From Balanoglossus misakiensis (Eukaryota; Animalia; Hemichordata): DNA of 64,000 nucleotides. The stretch is from contig CM082593.2 of assembly GCA_040954595.2 (NCBI GenBank), positions 10,677,477 through 10,741,476 on the forward strand. Direction: 5' to 3'. Below are positions 31,001-45,832 of the stretch, piece after piece. Under the pieces are notes generated by a model, which made no database searches, had not been told where the DNA came from, and saw only the letters and a list, made by a program, of their open reading frames with translations. Made by a program: the position numbers and the translations under genes. Numbering within the stretch: position 1 is the first letter of the stretch; the number at the start of each line of letters is the position of its first letter.

Positions 31001-32450
31001 AATTTTTTTACTGCAAAATCTCAAAATTTCATCGATTTTTGAAAAAAATCATGGGTGAAAATCATCAAAAAATGACAAATTTTCGACTTTGCAAAATCTC
31101 AAAATTTCGTCGATTTTTGAAGAAAATCAAGGGTGAAAATCATCAAAAAATGACAAATTTTCGACTTTGCAAAATCTCAAAATTTCGTCGATTTTTGAAA
31201 AAAAATAATGGGGAAAATGATCAAAAAATGACAAATTTTCGACTGCAAAATTTCAAAATTTCGTCAATTTTGAAAAAATCATGGGTGAAAATCATCAAAA
31301 AATGACAAATTTTCGACTGCAAAATCTCAAAATTTCGTCGATTTTTGAAAAAAAAACGGGTGAAAATCATCAAAAAATGACAAATTTTCGACTGCAAAAA
31401 CTCAAAATTTCGTCAATTTTGAAAAAAATCATGGGTGAAAATCATCAAAAAATGACAAATTTTCCTCTTTGCAAAATCTATAAATTTCGTCGATTTTTGA
31501 AAAATTTTCAACTTTGCAAAATCTCAAAATTTCGTCGATTTTAGAAAAAATCATGGGGGAAAATCATCAAAAAATGACAAATTTTCGACTGCAAAATCTC
31601 AAAATTTCGTCGATTTTTGAAATAAATCATTGTTGAAAATTATCAAAAAATGACAAATTTTCCTCTTTGCAAAATCTCAAAATTTCGTCGATTTTTTGAA
31701 AAAAGACGGGTGAAAATCATCAAAAAATGACAAATTTACGACTACAAAATCTCAAAATTTCGTCGATTTGTGAAAAAAAATCATGGGTGAAAATCATCAA
31801 AAAATGACAAATTTTCGACTTTGCAAAATCTCAAAATTTTGCCAATTTTGAAAAAATCATGGGTGAAAATCATCAAAAAATGACAAATTTTTTACTGCAA
31901 AATCTCAAATTTTCGTCGATTTTTTAAAAAAATTGTTGAAAATCATCAAAAAATGACAAAATTTTCGACTTTGTAAAATCACAAAATTTCGTCGATTTTG
32001 AAAAAAATCATAGGTTCGTCGATTTTTAAAAAAAAAACATGGGTGAAAATCATCAAAAAATGACAAATTTAAAAAAAAACGGGTGAAAATCATCAAAAAA
32101 TGACAAATTTTCCTCCTTGCAAAATCTCAAAATTTCGTCGATTTTTGAAAAAAGACATGGGTGAAAATCATCAAAAAATGACAAATTTTCGACTTTGCAA
32201 AATCTCAAAATTTCGTCAATTTTGAAAAAAATCATGGTCGAAAATCATCAAATAATGACAATTTTTTTACTGCAAAATCTCAAAATTTCATCGATTTTTG
32301 AAAAAAATCATGGGTGAAAATCATCAAAAAATGAAAAATTTTCGACTTTGCAAAATCTCAAAATTTCGTCGATTTTTGAAGAAAATCAAGGGTGAAAATC
32401 ATCAAAAAATGACAAATTTTCGACTTTGCAAAATCTGAAAATTTCGTCGA
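28100..32450 (+). repeat. Higher-order tandem duplication, ~2.15-kb unit x2
   Basis: ORF pairs 28665/30810, 29757/31905 and 29905/32053 (offset 2145-2148). Boundaries are approximate. Confidence 0.85.
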
Positions 32451-35400
32451 TTTTTGAAAAAAATCATGGGTGAAAATCATCAAAAAATGACAAATTTTTG
32501 ACTGCAAAATCTCAAAATTTCGTCAATTTTTGAAAAAAATCATGGTTGAAAATCATCATGACAATGACAAATTTTCGACTTTGCAAAATCTCAAAATTTC
32601 GTCGATTTTGAAAAAAATCATGGGTTCGTCCATTTTTGAAAAAAAAACATTGGGTGAAAATCATCAAAAAATGACAAATTTTCGACTTTGCAAAATCTCA
32701 AAATTTCGTCGATTTTTGAAGAAAATCATGGGTGAAAATCATCAAAAATTGACAAATTTTCCTCTTTGCAAAATCTCAAAATTTCGTCGATTTTTTGAAA
32801 AATTTTCAACTTTGCAAAATCTCAAAATTTCGTTGATTTTTGAAAAAAGCATGGGGGAAAATCATCAAAAATGACAAATTTACGACTACAAAATCTCAAA
32901 ATTTCGTCGATTTGTGAAAAAAAATCATGGGTGAAAATCATCAAAAAATGACAAATTTTTGACTTTGCACAATCTCAAAATTTCGTCAATTTTGAAAAAA
33001 ATCATGGGTGAAAATCATCAAAAAATGACAAATTTTCGACTTTGCAAAATCTGAAAATTTCATCGATTTTTGAAAAAATCATGGGTGAAAATCATGAAAA
33101 AATGACAAATTTTCGACTGCAAAATCTCAAAATTTCGTCGATTTTTGAAATAAATCATTGTTGAAAATTATCAAAAAATGACAAATTTTCCTCTTTGCAA
33201 AATCTATAAATTTCGTCGATTTTTGAAAAATTTTCAACTTTGCAAAATCTCAAAATTTCGTCGATTTTTGAAAAAAATCATGGGGGAAAATCATCAAAAA
33301 ATGACAAATTTTTGACTGAAAAATCTCAAATTTTCGTCGATTTTTTAAAAAAATTGTTGAAAATCATCAAAAAATGACAAATTTTTGACTTTGCAAAATC
33401 TCAAAATTTCGTCAATTTTGAAAAAAATCATGGGTGAAAATCATCAAAAAATGACAAATTTTCGACTTTGCAAAATCTGAAAATTTCGTCGATTTTTGAG
33501 AAAAATCATGGGTGAAAATCATCAAAAAATGACAAATTTTCGACTTTGCAAAATCTGAAAATTTCGTCGATTTTTGAGAAAAATCATGGGTGAAAATCAT
33601 CAAAAAATGACAAATTTTCGACTTTGCAAAATCTCAAATTTTCGTCGATTTTTGAAAAAAATCATGGGGGAAAATGATCAAAAAATGACAAATTTTCGAC
33701 TGCAAAATCTCAAAATTTCGTCAATTTTGAAAAAAATCATGGGTGAAAATCATGAAAAAATGACAATTTTTTTACTGCAAAATCTCAAAATTTCATCGAT
33801 TTTTGAAAAAAATCATGGGTGAAAATCATCAAAAAATGACAAATTTTCGACTTTGCAAAATCTCAAAATTTCGTCGATTTTTGAAGAAAATCAAGGGTGA
33901 AAATCATCAAAAAATGACAAATTTTCGACTTTGCAAAATCTCAAAATTTCGTCGATTTTTAAAAAAAATAATGGGGAAAATGATCAAAAAATGACAAATT
34001 TTCGACTGCAAAATTTCAAAATTTCGTCAATTTTGAAAAAATCATGGGTGAAAATCATCAAAAAATGACAAATTTTCGACTGCAAAATCTCAAAATTTCG
34101 TCGATTTTTGAAAAAAAAACGGGTGAAAATCATCAAAAAATGACAAATTTTCGACTGCAAAAACTCAAAATTTCGTCAATTTTGAAAAAAATCATGGGTG
34201 AAAATCATCAAAAAATGACAAATTTTCCTCTTTGCAAAATCTATAAATTTCGTCGATTTTTGAAAAATTTTCAACTTTGCAAAATCTCAAAATTTCGTCG
34301 ATTTTAGAAAAAAATCATGGGGGAAAATCATCAAAAAATGACAAATTTTCGACTGCAAAATCTCAAAATTTCGTCGATTTTTGAAATAAATCATTGTTGA
34401 AAATTATCAAAAAATGACAAATTTTCCTCTTTGCAAAATCTCAAAATTTCGTCGATTTTTTGAAAAAAGACGGGTGAAAATCATCAAAAAATGACAAATT
34501 TTCGACTTTGCAAAATCTCAAAATTTCGTCGATTTTTGAAGAAAATCAAGGGTGAAAATCATCAAAAAATGACAAATTTTCGACTTTGCAAAATCTCAAA
34601 ATTTCGTCGATTTTTGAAAAAAATAATGGGGAAAATGATCAAAAAATGACAAATTTTCGACTGCAAAATTTCAAAATTTCGTCAATTTTGAAAAAATCAT
34701 GGGTGAAAATCATCAAAAAATGACAAATTTTCGACTGCAAAATCTCAAAATTTCGTCGATTTTTGAAAAAAAAACGGGTGAAAATCATCAAAAAATGACA
34801 AATTTTCGACTGCAAAAACTCAAAATTTCGTCAATTTTGAAAAAAATCATGGGTGAAAATCATCAAAAAATGACAAATTTTCCTCTTTGCAAAATCTATA
34901 AATTTCGTCGATTTTTGAAAAATTTTCAACTTTGCAAAATCTCAAAATTTCGTCGATTTTTGAAAAAAATCATGGGGGAAAATCATCAAAAAATGACAAA
35001 TTTTTGACTGAAAAATCTCAAATTTTCGTCGATTTTTTAAAAAAATTGTTGAAAATCATCAAAAAATGACAAATTTTTGACTTTGCAAAATCTCAAAATT
35101 TCGTCAATTTTGAAAAAAATCATGGGTGAAAATCATCAAAAAATGACAAATTTTCGACTTTGCAAAATCTGAAAATTTCGTCGATTTTTGAGAAAAATCA
35201 TGGGTGAAAATCATCAAAAAATGACAAATTTTCGACTTTGCAAAATCTGAAAATTTCGTCGATTTTTGAGAAAAATCATGGGTGAAAATCATCAAAAAAT
35301 GACAAATTTTCGACTTTGCAAAATCTCAAATTTTCGTCGATTTTTGAAAAAAATCATGGGGGAAAATGATCAAAAAATGACAAATTTTCGACTGCAAAAT

Positions 35401-38400
35401 CTCAAAATTTCGTCAATTTTGAAAAAAATCATGGGTGAAAATCATGAAAAAATGACAATTTTTTTACTGCAAAATCTCAAAATTTCATCGATTTTTGAAA
35501 AAAATCATGGGTGAAAATCATCAAAAAATGACAAATTTTCGACTTTGCAAAATCTCAAAATTTCGTCGATTTTTGAAGAAAATCAAGGGTGAAAATCATC
35601 AAAAAATGACAAATTTTCGACTTTGCAAAATCTCAAAATTTCGTCGATTTTTGAAAAAAATAATGGGGAAAATGATCAAAAAATGACAAATTTTCGACTG
35701 CAAAATTTCAAAATTTCGTCAATTTTGAAAAAATCATGGGTGAAAATCATCAAAAAATGACAAATTTTCGACTTCAAAATCTCAAAATTTCGTCGATTTT
35801 TGAAAAAAAAACGGGTGAAAATCATCAAAAAATGACAAATTTTCGACTGCAAAAACTCAAAATTTCGTCAATTTTGAAAAAAATCATGGGTGAAAATCAT
35901 CAAAAAATGACAAATTTTCCTCTTTGCAAAATCTATAAATTTCGTCGATTTTTGAAAAATTTTCAACTTTGCAAAATCTCAAAATTTCGTCGATTTTAGA
36001 AAAAATCATGGGGGAAAATCATCAAAAAATGACAAATTTTCGACTGCAAAATCTCAAAATTTCGTCGATTTTTGAAATAAATCATTGTTGAAAATTATCA
36101 AAAAATGACAAATTTTCCTCTTTGCAAAATCTCAAAATTTCGTCGATTTTTTGAAAAAAGACGGGTGAAAATCATCAAAAAATGACAAATTTACGACTAC
36201 AAAATCTCAAAATTTCGTCGATTTGTGAAAAAAAATCATGGGTGAAAATCATCAAAAAATGACAAATTTTCGACTTTGCAAAATCTCAAAATTTTGCCAA
36301 TTTTGAAAAAATCATGGGTGAAAATCATCAAAAAATGACAAATTTTTTACTGCAAAATCTCAAATTTTCGTCGATTTTTTAAAAAAATTGTTGAAAATCA
36401 TCAAAAAATGACAAAATTTTCGACTTTGTAAAATCACAAAATTTCGTCGATTTTGAAAAAAATCATAGGTTCGTCGATTTTTAAAAAAAAAACATGGGTG
36501 AAAATCATCAAAAAATGACAAATTAAAAAAAAAAACGGGTGAAAATCATCAAAAAATGACAAATTTTCCTCCTTGCAAAATCTCAAAATTTCGTCGATTT
36601 TTGAAAAAAGACATGGGTGAAAATCATCAAAAAATGACAAATTTTCGACTTTGCAAAATCTCAAAATTTCGTCGATTTTTGAAGAAAATCAAGGGTGAAA
36701 ATCATCAAAAAATGACAAATTTTCGACTTTGCAAAATCTGAAAATTTCGTCGATTTTTGAAAAAAATCATGGGTGAAAATCATCAAAAAATGACAAATTT
36801 TTGACTGCAAAATCTCAAAATTTCGTCAATTTTTGAAAAAAATCATGGTTGAAAATCATCATGACAATGACAAATTTTCGACTTTGCAAAATCTCAAAAT
36901 TTCGTCGATTTTGAAAAAAATCATGGGTTCGTCCATTTTTGAAAAAAAAACATTGGGTGAAAATCATCAAAAAATGACAAATTTTCGACTTTGCAAAATC
37001 TCAAAATTTCGTCGATTTTTGAAGAAAATCATGGGTGAAAATCATCAAAAAATGACAAATTTTCGACTTTGCAAAATCTCAAAATTTCGTCGATTTTTGA
37101 AAAAAGACGGGTGAAAATCATCTAAAAATGACAAATTTTCGACTTTGCAAAATCTCAAAATTTCGTTGATTTTTGAAAAAAATCATGGGGGAAAATCATC
37201 AAAAAATGACAAATTTACGACTACAAAATCTCAAAATTTCGTCGATTTGTGAAAAAAAATCATGGGTGAAAATCATCAAAAAATGACAAATTTTCGACTT
37301 TGCAAAATCTCAAAATTTTGCCAATTTTGAAAAAATCATGGGTGAAAATCATCAAAAAATGACAATTTTTTTACTGCAAAATCTCAAATTTTCGTAGATT
37401 TTTTAAAAAAATTGTTGAAAATCATCAAAAAATGACAAATTTTTGACTGCAAAATCTCAAAATTTCGTCGATTTTTGAAAAAAAATGATTGTTGAAAATC
37501 ATCAAAAAATGACAAATTTTCCTCTTTGCAAAATCTCAAAATTTCGTCGATTTTTGAAAAAAGACATGGGTGAAAATCATCAAAAAATGACAAATTTTCG
37601 ACTTTGCAAAATCTCAAAATTTCGTCGATTTTCGAAAAAATCATGGGTGAAAATCATGAAAAAATGACAAATTTTCGACTTTGCAAAATCTGAAAATTTC
37701 GTCGATTTTTGAAAAAAATCATGGGGGAAAATGATCAAAAAATGACAAATTTTCGACTGCAAAATCTCAAAATTTCGTCAATTTTGAAAAAAATCATGGT
37801 CGAAAATCATCAAATAATGACAATTTTTTTACTGCAAAATCTCAAAATTTCATCGATTTTTGAAATAAATCATGGGTGAAAATCATCAAAAAATGACAAA
37901 TTTTCGACTTTGCAAAATCTCAAAATTTCGTCGATTTTTGAAAAAAGACATGGGTGAAAATCATCAAAAAATGACAAATTTTCGACTTTGCAAAATCTCA
38001 AAATTTCGTCGATTTTCGAAAAAATCATGGGTGAAAATCATGAAAAAATGACAAATTTTCGACTTTGCAAAATCTGAAAATTTCGTCGATTTTTGAAAAA
38101 AATCATGGGGGAAAATGATCAAAAAATGACAAATTTTCGACTGCAAAATCTCAAAATTTCGTCAATTTTGAAAAAAATCATGGTCGAAAATCATCAAATA
38201 ATGACAATTTTTTTACTGCAAAATCTCAAAATTTCATCGATTTTTGAAAAAAATCATGGGTGAAAATCATCAAAAAATGACAAATTTTCGACTTTGCAAA
38301 ATCTCAAAATTTCGTCGATTTTTGAAGAAAATCAAGGGTGAAAATCATCAAAAAATGACAAATTTTCGACTTTGCAAAATCTGAAAATTTCGTCGATTTT

Positions 38401-41400
38401 TGAAAAAAATCATGGGTGAAAATCATCAAAAAATGACAAATTTTTGACTGCAAAATCTCAAAATTTCGTCAATTTTTGAAAAAAATCATGGTTGAAAATC
38501 ATCATGACAATGACAAATTTTCGACTTTGCAAAATCTCAAAATTTCGTCGATTTTGAAAAAAATCATGGGTTCGTCCATTTTTGAAAAAAAAACATTGGG
38601 TGAAAATCATCAAAAAATGACAAATTTTCGACTTTGCAAAATCTCAAAATTTCGTCGATTTTTGAAAAAAAATCATGGGGAAAATGATCAAAAAATGACA
38701 AATTTTCGACTGCAAAATTTCAAAATTTCGTCAATTTTGAAAAAATCATGGGTGAAAATCATCAAAAAATGACAAATTTTCGACTACAAAATCTCAAAAT
38801 TTCGTCGATTTTTGAAAAAAAAACGGGTGAAAATCATCAAAAAATGACAAATTTTCCTCTTTGCAAAATCTATAAATTTCGTCGATTTTTGAAAAATTTT
38901 CAACTTTGCAAAATCTCAAAATTTCGTCGATTTTAGAAAAAAATCATGGGGGAAAATCATCAAAAAATGTCAAATTTTCGACTGCAAAATCTCAAAATTT
39001 CGTCGATTTTTGAAATAAATCATTGTTGAAAATTATCAAAAAATGACAAATTTTCCTCTTTGCAAAATCTCAAAATTTCGTCGATTTTTTGAAAAAAGAC
39101 GGGTGAAAATCATCTAAAAATGACAAATTTTCGACTTTGCAAAATCTCAAAATTTCGTTGATTTTTGAAAAAAATCATGGGGGAAAATCATCAAAAAATG
39201 ACAAATTTACGACTACAAAATCTCAAAATTTCGTCGATTTGTGAAAATAAATCATGGGTGAAAATCATCAAAAAATGACAAATTTTCGACTTTGCAAAAT
39301 CTCAAAATTTTGCCAATTTTGAAAAAATCATGGGTGAAAATCATCAACAAATGAAAATTTTTTTACTGCAAAATCTCAAATTTTCGTCGATTTTTTAAAA
39401 AAATTGTTGAAAATCATCAAAAAATGACAAATTTTTGACTGCAAAATCTCAAAATTTCGTCGACTTTTGAAAAAAAATCATTGTTGAAAATCATCAAAAA
39501 ATGACAAATTTTCCTCTTTGCAAAATCTCAAAATTTCGTCGATATTTGAAAAAAGACATGGGTGAAAATCATCAAAAAATGACAAATTTTCGACTTTGCA
39601 AAATCTCAAAATTTCGTCGATTTTTGAAAAAATCATGGGTGAAAATCATGAAAAAATGACAAATTTTCGACTTTGCAAAATCTGAAAATTTCGTCGATTT
39701 TTGAAAAAAATCATGAGGAAAATGATCAAAAAATGACAAATTTTCGACTGCAAAATCTCAAAATTTCGTCAATTTTGAAAAAAATCATGGTCGTAAATCA
39801 TCAAATAATGACAATTTTTTTACTGCAAAATCTCAAAATTTCATCGATTTTTGAAAAAAATCATGGGTGAAAATCATCAAAAAATGACAAATTTTCGACT
39901 TTGCAAAATCTCAAAATTTCGTCGATTTTTGAAGAAAATCAAGAGTGAAAATCATCAAAAAATGACAAATTTTCGACTTTGCAAAATCTCAAAATTTCGT
40001 CGATTTTTGAAAAAAATCATGGGGAAAATGATCAAAAAATGACAAATTTTCGACTGCAAAATTTCAAAATTTCGTCAATTTTGAAAAAATCATAGGTGAA
40101 AATCATCAAAAAATGACAAATTTTCGACTGCAAAATCTCAAAATTTCGTCGATTTTTGAAAAAAAAACGGGTGAAAATCATCAAAAAATGACAAATTTTC
40201 GACTGCAAAGACTCAAAATTTCGTCAATTTTGAAAAAAATCATGGGTGAAAATCATCAAAAAATGACAAATTTTCCTCTTTGCAAAATCTATAAATTTCG
40301 TCGATTTTTGAAAAATTTTCAACTTTGCAAAATCTCAAAATTTCGTCGATTTTTGAAAAAAATCATGGGGGAAAATCATCAAAAAATGACAAATTTTCGA
40401 CTGCAAAATCTCAAAATTTCGTCCATTTTTGAAATAAATCATTGTTGAAAATTATCAAAAAATGACAAATTTTCCTCTTTGCAAAATCTCAAAATTTCGT
40501 CGATTTTTTGAAAAAAGACGGGTGAAAATCATCTAAAAATGACAAATTTTCGACTTTGCAAAATCTCAAAATTTCGTTGATTTTTGAAAAAAATCATGGG
40601 GGAAAATCATCAAAAAATGACAAATTTACGACTACAAAATCTCAAAATTTCGTCGATTTGTGAAAAAAAATCATGGGTGAAAATCATCAAAAAATGACAA
40701 ATTTTCGACTTTGCAAAATCTCAAAATTTTGCCAATTTTGAAAAAATCATGGGTGAAAATCATCAAAAAATGACAAATTTTTTACTGCAAAATCTCAAAT
40801 TTTCGTCGATTTTTTAAAAAAATTGTTGAAAATCATCAAAAAATGACAAATTTTTGACTGCAAAATCTCAAAATTTCGTCGATTTTTGAAAAAAAATCAT
40901 TGTTGAAAATCATCACAAAATGACAAATTTTCCTCTTTGCAAAATCTCAAAATTTATTCGATTTTTGAAAAAAGACATGGGTGAAAATCATCAAAAAATG
41001 ACAAATTTACGACTGCAAAATCTCAAAATTTCGTCGATTTGTGAAAAAAAATCATGGGTGAAAATCATCAAAAAATGACAAATTTTTGACTGCAAAATCT
41101 CAAAATTTCGTCAATTTTTGAAAAAAATCATGGTTGAAAATCATCATGACAATGACAAATTTTCGACTTTGCAAAATCTCAAAATTTCGTCGATTTTGAA
41201 AAAAATCATGGGTTCGTCCATTTTTGAAAAAAAAACATTCGGTGAAAATCATCAAAAAATGACAAATTTTCGACTTTGCAAAATCTGAAAATTTCGTCGA
41301 TTTTTGAAAAAAATCATGGGGGAAAATGATCAAAAAATGACAAATTTTCGACTGCAAAATCTCAAAATTTCGTCAATTTTGAAAAAAATCATGGTCGAAA

Positions 41401-44400
41401 ATCATCAAATAATGACAATTTTTTTACTGCAAAATCTCAAAATTTCATCGATTTTTGAAAAAAATCATGGGTGAAAATCATCAAAAAATGACAAATTTTC
41501 GACTTTGCAAAATCTCAAAATTTCGTCGATTTTTGAAGAAAATCAAGGGTGAAAATCATCAAAAAATGACATATTTTCGACTTTGCAAAATCTAAAAATT
41601 TCGTCAATTTTTGAAAAAAATCATGGTTGAAAATCATCATGACAATGACAAATTTTCGACTTTGCAAAATCTCAAAATTTCGTCGATTTTGAAAAAAATC
41701 ATGGGTTCGTCCATTTTTGAAAAAAAAACATTGGGTGAAAATCATCAAAAAATGACAAATTTTCGACTTTGCAAAATCTCAAAATTTCGTCGATTTTTGA
41801 AGAAAATCATGGGTGAAAATCATCAAAAAATGACAAATTTTCGACTTTGCAAAATCTCAAAATTTCGTCGATTTTTGAAAAAAAATCATGGGGAAAATGA
41901 TCAAAAAATGACAAATTTTCGACTGCAAAATTTCAAAATTTCGTCAATTTTGAAAAAATCATGGGTGAAAATCATCAAAAAATGACAAATTTTCGACTGC
42001 AAAATCTCAAAATTTCGTCGATTTTTGAAAAAAAACGGGTGAAAATCATCAAAAAATGACAAATTTTCCTCTTTGCAAAATCTATAAATTTCGTCGATTT
42101 TTGAAAAATTTTCAACTTTGCAAAATCTCAAAATTTCGTCGATTTTAGAAAAAAATCATGGGGGAAAATCATCAAAAAATGTCAAATTTTCGACTGCAAA
42201 ATCTCAAAATTTCGTCGATTTTTGATATAAATCATTGTTGAAAATTATCAAAAAATGACAAATTTTCCTCTTTGCAAAATCTCAAAATTTCGTCGATTTT
42301 TTGAAAAAAGACGGGTGAAAATCATCTAAAAATGACAAATTTTCGACTTTGCAAAATCTCAAAATTTCGTTGATTTTTGAAAAAAATCATGGGTGAAAAT
42401 CATCAACAAATGACAATTTTTTTACTGCAAAATCTCAAATTTTCGTCGATTTTTTAAAAAAATTGTTGAAAATCATCAAAAAATGACAAATTTTTGACTG
42501 CAAAATCTCAAAATTTCGTCGATTTTTGAAAAAAAATCATTGTTGAAAATCATCAAAAAATGACAAATTTTCCTCTTTGCAAAATCTCAAAATTTCGTCG
42601 ATTTTTGAAGAAAATCATGGGTGAAAATCATCAAAAAATGACAAATTTTCGACTTTGCAAAATCTCAAAATTTCGTCGATTTTTGAAAAAAAATCATGGG
42701 GAAAATGATCAAAAAATGACAAATTTTCGACTGCAAAATTTCAAAATTTCGTCAATTTTGAAAAAATCATGGGTGAAAATCATCAAAAAATGACAAATTT
42801 TCGACTGCAAAATCTCAAAATTTCGTCGATTTTTGAAAAAAAAACGGGTGAAAATCATCAAAAAATGACAAATTTTCCTCTTTGCAAAATCTATAAATTT
42901 CGTCGATTTTTGAAAAATTTTCAACTTTGCAAAATCTCAAAATTTCGTCGATTTTAGAAAAAAATCATGGGGGAAAATCATCAAAAAATGTCAAATTTTC
43001 GACTGCAAAATCTCAAAATTTCGTCGATTTTTGAAATAAATCATTGTTGAAAATTATCAAAAAATGACAAATTTTCCTCTTTGCAAAATCTCAAAATTTC
43101 GTCGATTTTTTGAAAAAAGACGGGTGAAAATCATCTAAAAATGACAAATTTTCGACTTTGCAAAATCTCAAAATTTCGTTGATTTTTGAAAAAAATCATG
43201 GGTGAAAATCATCAACAAATGACAATTTTTTTACTGCAAAATCTCAAATTTTCGTCGATTTTTTAAAAAAATTGTTGAAAATCATCAAAAAATGACAAAT
43301 TTTTGACTGCAAAATCTCAAAATTTCGTCGATTTTTGAAAAAAAATCATTGTTGAAAATCATCAAAAAATGACAAATTTTCCTCTTTGCAAAATCTCAAA
43401 ATTTCGTCGATATTTGAAAAAAGACATGGGTGAAAATCATCAAAAAATGACAAATTTTCGACTTTGCAAAATCTCAAAATTTCGTCGATTTTTGAAAAAA
43501 TCATGGGTGAAAATCATGAAAAAATGACAAATTTTCGACTTTGCAAAATCTGAAAATTTCGTCGATTTTTGAAAAAAATCATGGGGGAAAATGATCAAAA
43601 ATGACAAATTTTCGACTGCAAAATCTCAAAATTTCGTCAATTTTGAAAAAAATCATGGTCGAAAATCATCAAATAATGACAATTTTTTTACTGCAAAATC
43701 TCAAAATTTCATCGATTTTTGAAAAAAATCATGGGTGAAAATCATCAAAAAATGACAAATTGTCGACTTTGCAAAATCTCAAAATTTCGTCGATTTTTGA
43801 AGAAAATCAAGGGTGAAAATCATCAAAAAATGACAAATTTTCGACATTGCAAAATCTCAAAATTTCGTCGATTTTTGAAAAAAATCATGGGGAAAATGAT
43901 CAAAAAATGACAAATTTTCGACTGCAAAATTTCAAAATTTCGTCAATTTTGAAAAAATCATGGGTGAAAATCATCAAAAAATGACAAATTTTCGACTGCA
44001 AAATCTCAAAATTTCGTCGATTTTTGAAAAAAAAACGGGTGAAAATCATCAAAAAATGACAAATTTTCGACTTCAAAGACTCAAAATTTCGTCAATTTTG
44101 AAAAAAATCATGGGTGAAAATCATCAAAAAATGACAAATTTTCCTCTTTGCAAAATCTATAAATTTCGTCGATTTTTGAAAAATTTTCAACTTTGCAAAA
44201 TCTCAAAATTTCGTCGATTTTTGAAAAAAATCATGGGGGAAAATCATCAAAAAATGACAAATTTTCGACTGCAAAATCTCAAAATTTCGTCGATTTTTGA
44301 AATAAATCATTGTTGAAAATTATCAAAAAATGACAAATTTTCCTCTTTGCAAAATCTCAAAATTTCGTAGATTTTTTGAAAAAAGACGGGTGAAAATCAT

Positions 44401-45832
44401 CTAAAAATGACAAATTTTCGACTTTGCAAAATCTCAAAATTTCGTTGATTTTTGAAAAAAATCATGGGGGAAAATCATCAAAAAATGACAAATTTACGAC
44501 TACAAAATCTCAAAATTTCGTCGATTTGTGAAAAAAAATCATGGGTGAAAATCATCAAAAAATGACAAATTTTCGACTTTGCAAAATCTCAAAATTTTGC
44601 CAATTTTGAAAAAATCATGGGTGAAAATCATCAAAAAATGACAAATTTTTTACTGCAAAATCTCAAATTTTCGTCGATTTTTTAAAAAAATTGTTGAAAA
44701 TCATCAAAAAATGACAAATTTTTGACTGCAAAATCTCAAAATTTCGTCGATTTTTGAAAAAAAATCATTGTTGAAAATCATCACAAAATGACAAATTTTC
44801 CTCTTTGCAAAATCTCAAAATTTCGTCGATTTTTAAAAAAAAAGACATGGGTGAAAATCATCAAAAAATGACAAATTTACGACTGCAAAATCTCAAAATT
44901 TCGTCGATTTGTGAAAAAAAATCATGGGTGAAAATCATCAAAAAATGACAAATTTTTGACTGCAAAATCTCAAAATTTCGTCAATTTTTGAAAAAAATCA
45001 TGGTTGAAAATCATCATGACAATGACAAATTTTCGACTTTGCAAAATCTCAAAATTTCGTCGATTTTGAAAAAAATCATGGGTTCGTCTATTTTTGAAAA
45101 AAAAACATTCGGTGAAAATCATCAAAAAATGACAAATTTTCGACTTTGCAAAATCTCAAAATTTCGTCGATTTTTGAAGAAAATCATGGGTGAAAATCAT
45201 CAAAAAATTACAAATTTTCGACTTTGCAAAATCTCAAAATTTCGTCAATTTTGAAAAAAATCATCGGTGAAAATCATCAAAAAATTACAAATTTTTTACT
45301 GCAAAATCTCAAAATTTCGTCAATTTTTGAAAAAAATCATGGTTGAAAATCATCATGACAATGACAAATTTTCGACTTTGCAAAATCTCAAAATTTCGTC
45401 GATTTTGAAAAAAATCATGGGTTCGTCTATTTTTGAAAAAAAAACATTCGGTGAAAATCATCAAAAAATGACAAATTTTCGACTTTGCAAAATCTCAAAA
45501 TTTCGTCGATTTTTGAAGAAAATCATGGGTGAAAATCATCAAAAAATTACAAATTTTCGACTTTGCAAAATCTCAAAATTTCGTCAATTTTGAAAAAAAT
45601 CATCGGTGAAAATCATCAAAAAATTACAAATTTTTTACTGCAAAATCTCAAATTTTCGTCGATTTTTTAAAAAAATTGTTGAAAATCATCAAAAAATGAC
45701 AAATTTTCCTCTCTTGCAAAATCTCAAAATTTCGTCGATTTTTGAAAAAAGACGGGTGAAAATCATCAAAAAATGACAAATTTTCGACTTTGCAAAATCT
45801 CAAAATTTCGTCGATTTTTGAAAAAAATCATG

